Positions 27,899 to 35,561 of a stretch of DNA of 64,000 bases are shown one piece after another (position 1 is the stretch's first letter; every line of letters starts with the position of its first letter). The notes beneath the pieces were generated by a model. That model ran no database searches, had not been told where the DNA came from, and saw only the letters and a list, made by a program, of their open reading frames with translations. The position numbers and the translations under genes are program-made. Source of the stretch: Pyrinomonadaceae bacterium. Lineage in GTDB: Bacteria > Acidobacteriota > Blastocatellia > Pyrinomonadales > Pyrinomonadaceae. The stretch covers positions 329,882 through 393,881 of the forward strand of contig JAUJNR010000002.1 of assembly GCA_030448055.1 (NCBI GenBank), in the 5' to 3' direction.

Positions 27899-28124
27899 CT
27901 TTCGGCTTCACGACTGCCGTCATACAGCGATTACACGAATGATTCAAGCCGGACTGTCAGCGATGGAGGTAATGAAAATTTCAGGTCATACGCAAATGAA
28001 CACTTTTGCACGTTACGTCAATCCAAATACACCAGCCGTAACACGCATTGCTGACATTCTGGCGGCTTTTCACGCCGAATCTATTACTCAGCCGATAAAC
28101 GAAGTTTCAGAGTCAATTAACTGA
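27831..28124 (+). pseudogene. C-terminal fragment of a tyrosine recombinase
   Basis: LHDCRHTAITRMIQAGLSAMEVMKISGHTQMNTFARYVNP parallels HFHDLRRTAITRWIQQGTPLALAGKLGGHTQLQTTLKHYTA of the intact integrase at 46187..47392. The N-terminal roughly 300 aa are absent. Confidence 0.8.
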
Positions 28125-28131
28125 TGATTTT

Positions 28132-28348
28132 ATGAAAAATAAATCGAATGAAGTTTCTACACATGAAAATGGCGAAAGATGGAAATTAGAGGAAATACCG
28201 TGTCCGCGAAATCTTGAGCCGCGGAAGCAGACTTTCAAAATTTGCTTCGAGGTTGAATATGAATTGGAATTAACAGAGGCACAAAAACCGCACACTCACA
28301 TTGTTAAAGAAAAAGAAAACAGTAAATTCACCACGACCATGGATAGAG
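28132..28348 (+). CDS. hypothetical ORF running into the IS3 end
   Basis: The tracked ORF 28132..28401 crosses the IS boundary at 28349. The product is not recognised. Confidence 0.3.
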
Positions 28349-28397
28349 TGAGATGGTCTAATTATTCAGCACAGAAAACTCTCTGTAAAATGAGAGG

Positions 28398-28646
28398 ATG
28401 AAAAAATACGACGATGAATTCAAACAAAACGCCGTTAAGAAAATTCTTGATGGTCAATCAGCCGCTTCGGTCGCCAGAGAATTGGGCGTCGGCGAAGGAT
28501 TATTACATAAGTGGAAACGAGCGCGGCTGGCAACGGCTTCTGATGCCGAGCGCGAAGTGATCGAGTTGCGGAAGAAGCTGCGCGAAGTGGAAATGGAGCG
28601 TGACATCCTAAAAAAGGCGGCACTTATCTTCGGCAGGGGAAGTTAG
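28398..28646 (+). CDS. IS3-family transposase OrfA
   Basis: HTH and leucine-zipper pattern (SVARELGVGEGLLHKWKR...ELRKKLREVEMERDILKKA). Confidence 0.85.
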   Translation: MKKYDDEFKQNAVKKILDGQSAASVARELGVGEGLLHKWKRARLATASDAEREVIELRKKLREVEMERDILKKAALIFGRGS

Positions 28647-28687
28647 AGCGATATAAGTTTATTGAAAAACAGAAAGCAGATTATCCG

Positions 28688-29533
28688 TTGCCGACTCTAT
28701 GCCGGACGATGAAGGTGTCTTTGTCCGCCTTTTACGCTTTTAGACGCGGCGCGAGTTATCGAAAAACGGCGCGGCGGGCTGAGTTGGACGAGCGCGTGCG
28801 AGAATGCTTTTACTTTCACCGGCGGCGTTACGGCACGCGCCGCATTGCGGTTGAGCTGAAAACGGGACGTGCGGCGATTCGTGCGGCGATGCGGCGCGAG
28901 AATCTGAAGGCAATCGGTCCGCGCCGGTTTAAGCCAAGAACGACCGACTCGGAGCACGATTCGCGCATCAGCCCGAATCTGTTGAAGGAAGCCGTCAATG
29001 AGCCGAGCCGAGTTCGAGAGGTGATAGTCGGCGACATCACCTATATTCGCCTTCGAAACGGGAGTTTTTGTTATCTGGCAATATTTCAAGACAAGTTCAC
29101 CAGAAGGATCCTCGGGTGGGCGGTCTCGATGAGAATGACGGTGCAGCTTGTGCTGGATGCTTTTCAGATGGCGCGCCGACGCGCCTCTTTCAAACGCGGA
29201 GCGATCATTCACACTGACCGCGGCAGCCAATACGCGGCAGTGGAATTCCGACGTTTGCTGTATATTTACGGATTTCGGCAATCGATGTCTGCAAGAGGCA
29301 ATTGCTACGACAACGCCCAGGCGGAAAGCTTCTTTTCCAGATTCAAGGCGGAATTGGTTGAGGGCGGGATTTTTGAATCGATTGAAGAAGCCCGCCTCGA
29401 AATTTTTAGTTATATTGACGGTTACTATAATCGAATCAGAAGGCATTCGGCATTAGGCTACAAAAGCCCGCTCGAATTTGAAAAGGACTTGAAAATTAAA
29501 CAAACAAGGAGGAGAGACAGTTTTTTGTGCTGA
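28688..29533 (+). CDS. IS3-family transposase OrfB
   Basis: Motifs VGDITYIRL, HTDRGSQYAA and CYDNAQAESFFSRFK. It is reached from orfA by a -1 shift at 28610..28616. Confidence 0.85.
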   Translation: MPTLCRTMKVSLSAFYAFRRGASYRKTARRAELDERVRECFYFHRRRYGTRRIAVELKTGRAAIRAAMRRENLKAIGPRRFKPRTTDSEHDSRISPNLLKEAVNEPSRVREVIVGDITYIRLRNGSFCYLAIFQDKFTRRILGWAVSMRMTVQLVLDAFQMARRRASFKRGAIIHTDRGSQYAAVEFRRLLYIYGFRQSMSARGNCYDNAQAESFFSRFKAELVEGGIFESIEEARLEIFSYIDGYYNRIRRHSALGYKSPLEFEKDLKIKQTRRRDSFLC

Positions 29534-29590
29534 AAAACTTGACCGTCTCAGACTGTATGGGAGCGTGAAGGAGGAGCACGTACTTTAGAT

Positions 29591-30178
29591 ATGTGGTTAC
29601 CGCCCAAAGAAATTGATTTAGATTTAATTAATCAAGAGGATGAAGCTTTCCGCCCAACAGGTAACACGCCTTACTTAAAAATCGACAATCACGTTGTTGC
29701 CTCTGGGCGAGCTGAAAGACAATTTCGCGCACAATTTCATGGATTGCTCAATAAGATAAATGCGAAGAATCTGGATTGGATTAAAATTGAGACATTCAAT
29801 TTTCGAAGTGATGTAAAAGAATTTATCAGAAAACAGGGACGGAAAGACGAAGTTCTTGTTGAGAGTTTGAACCCTCACATGTCTCGCGACTTAAAAACAA
29901 AAATTCTATACAACTTGAATTGGGATTTGTTGCTTGCGAGTGATTTACAAATGGCAGTATCGATAGATGATTTATTCGCGCCGTTAGTGAACCAAAAGGC
30001 ACAAATAAGCAGAGGAATTGAACCAGCTTTAGGATTTTCTGGGTTAGAAGTTGTTGTTCCTAATTGGTCTGGACTTTCGTGGGAAGAAATTTTTTCACTT
30101 AGTATTGAAGCTGACTGCGGCAACTGTCGCTGGTTAAATAACGCCAGGACTGTTTGGCACTCGGCTTCAACCATTTAG
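29591..30178 (+). CDS. hypothetical protein
   Basis: A 195-codon ORF with no recognised motif. Confidence 0.5.
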   Translation: MWLPPKEIDLDLINQEDEAFRPTGNTPYLKIDNHVVASGRAERQFRAQFHGLLNKINAKNLDWIKIETFNFRSDVKEFIRKQGRKDEVLVESLNPHMSRDLKTKILYNLNWDLLLASDLQMAVSIDDLFAPLVNQKAQISRGIEPALGFSGLEVVVPNWSGLSWEEIFSLSIEADCGNCRWLNNARTVWHSASTI

Positions 30179-30202
30179 CTAGTTTTAATATATTCCAACA
30201 AT

Positions 30203-30352
30203 TTAACCATATCTTATTGGCTGCTTAGTATACTCTCTGTTTGTATTACTTGTTTTTTCATTAGTTCCCATTTCATGAATTGTATAGGCAAACAGCGCGT
30301 AACAAACCGCTGAACTAACAAGTAAACCGACTATAAAGATGATGATTGTCAT
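30203..30352 (-). CDS. small membrane protein (one predicted helix)
   Basis: MTIIIFIVGLLVSSAVCYALFAYTI... Start taken at the internal ATG coupled to the upstream stop. Confidence 0.45.
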   Translation of the reverse strand: MTIIIFIVGLLVSSAVCYALFAYTIHEMGTNEKTSNTNREYTKQPIRYG

Positions 30353-30540
30353 TATACCTGCCTTCCTTTCGCGCTCGACTTGAAGAAAAGTCCAAAGCCA
30401 AGGATGGAAGGCACCCATAGTCCAACAAAAATTCCGGCGTCTCTGTTTTCCGCGCCGAACACGCCGAACCATAAAGAAATAGAAAATAAAAAAGAGACGA
30501 AAGCTGCAATTAAAATTATGTAATCTGGCTTGCTGAACAT
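30352..30540 (-). CDS. small membrane protein (two predicted helices)
   Basis: Hydrophobic segments IILIAAFVSFLFSISLWFGVF and IFVGLWVPSILGFGLFF. Its stop overlaps the next start (TAATG). Confidence 0.55.
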   Translation of the reverse strand: MFSKPDYIILIAAFVSFLFSISLWFGVFGAENRDAGIFVGLWVPSILGFGLFFKSSAKGRQV

Positions 30541-30741
30541 AAATAAACTCCTTAAATAATCAAAAAATCAATCAAAAAATGTAAATATATGGACAGAATC
30601 TCTAAAAGGATTCTGAAATTCTGTCCATTCCTGCCCCTTGTTCGTTCGGTGTATCTATGTTTGCCATAGATATTTGTCCGGCATACTGAAGCGGTTTAAT
30701 CAACCGGCGCAGCGCAATCATCGCAATCAGTTTTTTTTCGG

Positions 30742-31002
30742 TTATTGAGTGTCGCGGGCGCGTTCACAGTATCGCCAAATATCAATAAAAATTTCTTCCG
30801 TCGCCGCTTCCGCTTCTTCGCGTGAACGGGTAAGCTTTCTCGCCAACGCCCATATGAAATTGCCGTAGGTGTCAACGCAGTCTTCGACGGCAGCTTTATC
30901 TCGTTCGGCAATTCTTTGCAAAACCCTAGTAGCCTCCGTTTTTTCAATCGTTCGCGTCGCTAAAGCATTCATTGTTTTTACCTCGAAAAGTCTCTCGCTC
31001 AA
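30742..31002 (-). CDS. ECF-sigma-like protein containing only region 2
   Basis: DCVDTYGNFIWALARKLTRSREEAEAATEEIFIDIWRY fits sigma-70 region 2. The ORF ends after 86 aa and I could not find region 4 in any frame downstream. Confidence 0.6.
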   Translation of the reverse strand: MSERLFEVKTMNALATRTIEKTEATRVLQRIAERDKAAVEDCVDTYGNFIWALARKLTRSREEAEAATEEIFIDIWRYCERARDTQ

Positions 31003-31253
31003 GCCGGTCTGCCTGATAAAAATTCATCGCCAAACAGTTTGCGAAATGCCGAAATTTCTTCTGAGCGTTTGTTTTCCCGCTGCTCGGTAATCCAATTTGA
31101 AACCGTGTCCGCCATCTTGCGGTGCAAACTACGCTCGACATTCTCTCCGCTCATCGGTGCCGCTGATTTTGTTTTGCACGAATTTTGAGTTTTGACATCT
31201 GCCGCTGCTTCGGCGTCTTTTCGCTTGATAATTTTTATTGATGTTTTATTCAC
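30999..31253 (-). CDS. hypothetical protein, translationally coupled to the sigma-like ORF
   Basis: An 84-codon ORF with a 4-bp overlap (ATGA) onto 30742..31002. Confidence 0.45.
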   Translation of the reverse strand: MNKTSIKIIKRKDAEAAADVKTQNSCKTKSAAPMSGENVERSLHRKMADTVSNWITEQRENKRSEEISAFRKLFGDEFLSGRPA

Positions 31254-31301
31254 GTCTTCATACCCCCTTGTTTTTTTATTTTCTGCGCTGTAACCGTCCG
31301 G

Positions 31302-31577
31302 TTAGTCGTTAACCCGGTCTGAACCCGCAAATTTCACTAGTTTGTTGTAAACCCCGAGCAGCAGAAACGGCGAAACCCACTGACCGACGAAGCGGCTTTT
31401 CTGCGGATTGCCTTTGAGTTCAAAATAAAGCGAGACGCCGATTGACCCGAGCGCGCCCCAGAGAAATATGTCTGACGGCAATTTTGCGGTTTGCTGCTCA
31501 ATCGTGCGGGCGACGATTCCTTCCGAATGTTTCTGTGCTTCTTCCGTTTTGGCTGGTTGTGTTGCTGTTCCTGTCAT
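31302..31577 (-). CDS. hypothetical membrane protein
   Basis: Two hydrophobic segments (IFLWGALGSIGVSLYF, WVSPFLLLGVY). Confidence 0.5.
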   Translation of the reverse strand: MTGTATQPAKTEEAQKHSEGIVARTIEQQTAKLPSDIFLWGALGSIGVSLYFELKGNPQKSRFVGQWVSPFLLLGVYNKLVKFAGSDRVND

Positions 31578-31955
31578 TGTTTTTTCTCCTTGAAAAATTA
31601 TTAAGCTGTAAAGCTCAATGTTCCTGTTTGTTTAAGGGATGTTTCCCCGACCTCACGGCGAATATCCCGACTTGTTTCCGCACAATCATAGCTGATTGCA
31701 AATAATCTTTGTGTGCGGTTTGTGCGATTTTGATGTTATAAGAAACATTTACTGCTGTCAAATGGATTTGATGGTTTTTTTCAAAATATTTAATAAAATC
31801 GGCACAAGTGACGACCATCAGCGTAAAAAGTTTTATTTCTAAAATTCGCGTTTGTGCGATTTATGCGATTTGTGTATTATAAGTTGGGTAAGCAAAAAGT
31901 CTTTTCTACTCGCTTCTAAACGTTCCTGGAAACTTTGGCAGCGGTATAAATAAAC

Positions 31956-32840
31956 ATGGCAGACATAAAAGGCTTTACCACAATAGAAGTCGCGCGTTTA
32001 TGCAGAGTGAGCGATGCGACCGTTAAGCGTTGGGAGGAAGCCGGACTTTTGAAATCTGAACGAACGAGCGGCGGGCATCGGCGTTTTCGTGCCGAAGAAG
32101 TCGCGCGTTTTCAGCGCGAACAAGGACTCGGACTAAAACAAAGCCACGGCGACGAATCGGTTACAAAGACCATTAACCGCGCCCGCGAAAAAAAAAATCA
32201 TTCCGATTCGGCATTTCTTCAATCGTTGATTGACGGAGGCGAAGAGGCGGCAGCCAATGTTTTTATCACCGCGCATCTGGAAGGCAAACCGCTGACGGAA
32301 ATAATTGACCGCCTCGTTTGTCCGGCGATGCGGAAAATCGGCGAGTTGTGGCACCGAAATGAAATCAGCGTCGCGCAGGAACATCTGGCGACTCGCACCG
32401 TTATATCCGCCCTATACAAACTCAGAAGCGCGCTTCCCGTTCCAGAAATGAAAAACGGCTTGGCAGTATGCTGCGCAATGGAAGGCGACTTTCACGAGCT
32501 TCCGACACTTCTGACGCAAATTGCGATTGAAAACGAAGGCTTGGAAGTGATAAATTTTGGTGCAAGCACGCCGCTTTATTCTCTGGCTGATGAAGTTGTT
32601 CGACATTCTCCGAATTTCGTGTGCATTTCCGCCGCGGTAATAAATGATTTGGAACGACTGTCGCGGGATTATAAAGATTTCAGAGAAAAAACGGCAAGGC
32701 TTGAAATTCCGATTCTGCTCGGCGGAAGAGTTTTTGAAGACGAACATACACGAAGGCGTTTCAAGTGCGAATTTTACGCGCGCAGCTTTACCGATGTCGC
32801 CGAATTTGCTCGAAAGCTGACAGAGAAACAATCGGGTTAA
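31956..32840 (+). CDS. MerR-family, B12-binding light-responsive regulator (CarH/LitR-like)
   Basis: N-terminal MerR HTH (FTTIEVARLCRVSDATVKRWEEAGLL...GGHRRF). W-x9-EH motif (WHRNEISVAQEH). B12-binding motif with His (EGDFHELP) and a later LLGG. Confidence 0.8.
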   Translation: MADIKGFTTIEVARLCRVSDATVKRWEEAGLLKSERTSGGHRRFRAEEVARFQREQGLGLKQSHGDESVTKTINRAREKKNHSDSAFLQSLIDGGEEAAANVFITAHLEGKPLTEIIDRLVCPAMRKIGELWHRNEISVAQEHLATRTVISALYKLRSALPVPEMKNGLAVCCAMEGDFHELPTLLTQIAIENEGLEVINFGASTPLYSLADEVVRHSPNFVCISAAVINDLERLSRDYKDFREKTARLEIPILLGGRVFEDEHTRRRFKCEFYARSFTDVAEFARKLTEKQSG

Positions 32841-32886
32841 CATTTTTATAAGTTTTAGAAGAAAAATAATTCAAGGAGATAAGACA

Positions 32887-33300
32887 ATGATTAGAAAATT
32901 CGCTTTGATTTTCGGCATAATTTATGTAATTGCCGGAATAGCAGGGTTCATTCCCGCTCTAAATCCGCATCACGCTGATATGCCGCCGATTACAGTTGAT
33001 TCATTTTACGGCAGAGCTTTAGGTTTGTTTCCCGTAAATATACTGCACAATTTAGTTCACCTGGCAATCGGGGTGTGGGGCATTCTCGGTTCGAGAAGCC
33101 TAAGCGGAGCGCGTTTCTTCGGAAAAGGACTGGCTGTTTTTTACGGTCTGCTGGCGATTCTTGGATTGATTCCGGCGACCAATACAATGTTCGGTTTAGT
33201 TCCGCTATACGGCAACGACGTTTGGCTGCACGCCGGCACCGCTTTAATTGCCGCTTATTTTGGCTTTGTGGCGCGTGAATCCAACGAACGAGCCGCATAA
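32887..33300 (+). CDS. DUF4383-family membrane protein
   Basis: FGIIYVIAGIAGFIP...LFPVNILHNLVHLAIGVWG pattern. Confidence 0.7.
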   Translation: MIRKFALIFGIIYVIAGIAGFIPALNPHHADMPPITVDSFYGRALGLFPVNILHNLVHLAIGVWGILGSRSLSGARFFGKGLAVFYGLLAILGLIPATNTMFGLVPLYGNDVWLHAGTALIAAYFGFVARESNERAA

Positions 33301-33361
33301 ACTTTGACCTGAATATTAATTCAAGTCAATTAAAATCAATCAAAAGGAAGGTAAAAATAAA

Positions 33362-33835
33362 ATGAATACAGTAGAAAAATCAATCGTCGTAAATGTGCCT
33401 GTGCGAACGGCATACGATCAATGGACGCAATTCGAAGAGTTTCCGCAGTTTATGGAAGGCATCGAAAAGGTTCGTCAGGAAGGCGACAGTCATACGCACT
33501 GGCACGCCAACATTGCCGGTCAAGAAGTTCAATGGGATGCCGATATTACCGAACAAACACCTGACCAGAGAGTCTCGTGGCGCTCGACATCTGGCGCTCA
33601 TAATGCCGGAACCGTCAGTTTTCAAAGCCAAGGTGCTGACCAAACAAACGTAACTTTGCGTCTGGAATACGAGCCGGAAGGATTTTTCCAGACCGTCGGC
33701 AGCGCGCTCGGATTTGTGGACAATCGCGTTGAAGGCGATTTGGAAAGATTCAAGACATTTATCGAAAGTCGCGGGCAGGAAACCGGCGCGTGGCGCGGCG
33801 AAATTCACGGCTCGCAAGTCGAAGATAAAGGTTAA
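33362..33835 (+). CDS. SRPBCC (cyclase/dehydrase-like) family protein
   Basis: VEKSIVVNVPVRTAYDQWTQFEEFPQFMEGIEKV...VSWRSTSG pattern. Confidence 0.75.
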   Translation: MNTVEKSIVVNVPVRTAYDQWTQFEEFPQFMEGIEKVRQEGDSHTHWHANIAGQEVQWDADITEQTPDQRVSWRSTSGAHNAGTVSFQSQGADQTNVTLRLEYEPEGFFQTVGSALGFVDNRVEGDLERFKTFIESRGQETGAWRGEIHGSQVEDKG

Positions 33836-33979
33836 TCAATCAAAAAGGAAAATCGGTTAAAGCCGGACTGGGTTAGAAATTACTGCTTCCGGCGAAAACA
33901 GATAAAACGCGGTCGTCAAATAAAGTTTAGGGAAATTTATTTGCGGCTGGTTAAAACAAAACAAGGGAGAAAAAATATT

Positions 33980-34246
33980 ATGGTAGACGCAACACAAATC
34001 AAGGAACACGTAGAAGTTGTCGGCTCGGACGGCGCGCACGTCGGAACGGTTGACCACATGGAAGGCAGCGATAGCATAAAATTAACCAGACGCGACCCGA
34101 ATGCGGGCGGCGAGCATCATTACATTCCGCTCGAATGGGTTGATTCGGTCGAAGGCGACCGCGTGCAGCTCAATAAAACCGGCGAGGAAGCCCAAGCGCA
34201 GTGGCAGGGAGAGAGTGGACAAAGCAGCGGCACGGCTTCGATGTAG
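33980..34246 (+). CDS. DUF2171-family protein
   Basis: IKEHVEVVGSDGAHVGTVDHMEG..IKL pattern. Start taken at the internal ATG at 33980, after a GGGAGA Shine-Dalgarno sequence. Confidence 0.7.
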   Translation: MVDATQIKEHVEVVGSDGAHVGTVDHMEGSDSIKLTRRDPNAGGEHHYIPLEWVDSVEGDRVQLNKTGEEAQAQWQGESGQSSGTASM

Positions 34247-34357
34247 ATGAAATGTTTAGAGCGATAAGCAGGTTTTTTTGACTGCTTATCGCTCTGAAGT
34301 TTTATGAAACGTTTCTATTTTATCCGAAACAATCGGTTTTTCATTTAAATTTCACAA

Positions 34358-35038
34358 ATGTTCAAAAGCATTATAAAGATTGCCGCCGCCACTGCGCTCG
34401 TTGCTGGAATTCATTCTGTGCTGGCAAGTAAAGCGGCGAAAAAAAAGGCGAGTGAATTGTTTGGAGAACGAACCAGAAACGGTCTTTATCGTCCTTTGTA
34501 TAACGGGCTGGCGATTGCAACTTTTGGAGCATTGGGATTATACGCTTTAAGATTACCCAACCGGGAATTGTATAAAATTCGCCGTCCATTCTCTTGGCTG
34601 ATGCATTCGGTTCAATTTTTTTTCCTGCTTTATTTAGTGTATGGGGCGCGAGAAATCGGGTTTTTAAAGTTCGCCGGCGTGCCGAACGTCGTTGCGCTCG
34701 CAACCGGACAATCGTTTATTCCAGCCGAACCGGAAGGTCAGGGACCGATTCTTGAAAGTCCTGATAAAATGAAAATAACCGGTCCGTTTCGCCTCAACCG
34801 CCACCCGTTAAACTTCGGCATGATTCCGATCATCTGGCTGATGCCTCGAATGACCGTCAATCTTGCCGCCTTTAACTTGATAACAACCGTTTATTTATTT
34901 CTCGGCTCCGTTCACGAAGAAAAACGCTTTGTCGAAACATACGGGCAGGCTTATATTGATTACCAGACGAGCGAAATCAATTTCTTCGTTCCTTCATTAA
35001 CGCGTTCGACTGGAACAAACAAAAAGATTGCCGGATAG
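34358..35038 (+). CDS. isoprenylcysteine carboxyl methyltransferase-like membrane protein
   Basis: Multi-pass membrane protein with NRHPLNFG and EEKRFVETYGQAYIDYQ motifs. Confidence 0.65.
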   Translation: MFKSIIKIAAATALVAGIHSVLASKAAKKKASELFGERTRNGLYRPLYNGLAIATFGALGLYALRLPNRELYKIRRPFSWLMHSVQFFFLLYLVYGAREIGFLKFAGVPNVVALATGQSFIPAEPEGQGPILESPDKMKITGPFRLNRHPLNFGMIPIIWLMPRMTVNLAAFNLITTVYLFLGSVHEEKRFVETYGQAYIDYQTSEINFFVPSLTRSTGTNKKIAG

Positions 35039-35561
35039 ATATTTTTGCAGCCGATTATTCGTATCTTAAAATATCTAAATTTATTCGAGTTTGTTGGATT
35101 CGGAGTATGCTTTTTTCAAAAAATTCAAACTGAACAACTACCTATAATACTCATTACTTGACTCAGCCATCTTATTCGATATAAATTTTCTAACCCGAAA
35201 AATTTGTCTTTATATAAGTTTTGCTTTAATTTCGTGCGTTTTAAATTAGAGTCTTAACAACAAAGGACTATAAAAATAGGTATTCTTCATAAATAGGCGG
35301 AATACATGAAGTTTTGTGTTTATTTCTCACGGTGGAGATCACGAATACTTTAAAGTGTGTAAGATTTTGACTCAAAAAATCATAGTCAATATAAAGGAAA
35401 ATAAGCGATTCGGGTTTACAAGAAAACTTAAAAACTGTCAGTGCTTAATTTAACGTGAACTAAAAGCGACAGATTAAAAATTACAGCAAGGCGCAAGTAA
35501 AAGCCGCGATAATTTTATAGGTGAGAGAAATATATTAATGCCTTTTATTAATGCCATATAA

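Larger units (their letters stand above)
24181..28124 (+). mobile_element. decayed Prim-Pol integrative element (remnant B)
   Basis: Excisionase-like HTH, Prim-Pol/ATPase, Hjc-like nuclease, a second HTH, and truncated SWIM and integrase fragments. These are paralogous in content to the element at 45485..63794. No att sites were identified. Confidence 0.5.
28349..29550 (+). mobile_element. IS3-family insertion sequence (1202 bp), apparently intact
   Basis: Inverted ends TGAGATGGTCTAATTATTCAGCACAGAAAACTCTC / TGAGACGGTCAAGTTTTTCAGCACAAAAAACTGTCTC. orfA/orfB with slippery A AAA AAG at 28610..28616. Flanks GAG/GAC are not an exact duplication. Confidence 0.85.

Noticed and set aside
28697-29446. 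Long antisense ORFs inside well-supported genes (for example 28697..29446, 23227..23970, 13826..14321, 921..1232, 42552..43055, 8378..8794, 54314..54667)
   Set aside because: Each lies entirely opposite a gene with strong family motifs. They show low-complexity or Arg/Ser/Pro-rich composition typical of shadow frames, and have no start context of their own.
28132-29640. The idea that the IS3 element at 28349..29550 splits one gene (28132.. and 29591..)
   Set aside because: The flanks GAG/GAC are not an exact duplication. The two ORFs only come into frame if 2 or 5 nt are removed, which does not fit a 3- or 4-bp duplication. There is no sequence support for continuity.
30541-30741. A search for a frame-shifted sigma region 4 downstream of the region-2-only ORF
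   Set aside because: None of the three frames shows an HTH-like region 4 segment. The interval instead contains nested hairpins (GGACAGAAT...ATTCTGTCC). The truncation therefore cannot be explained by a simple frameshift visible here.
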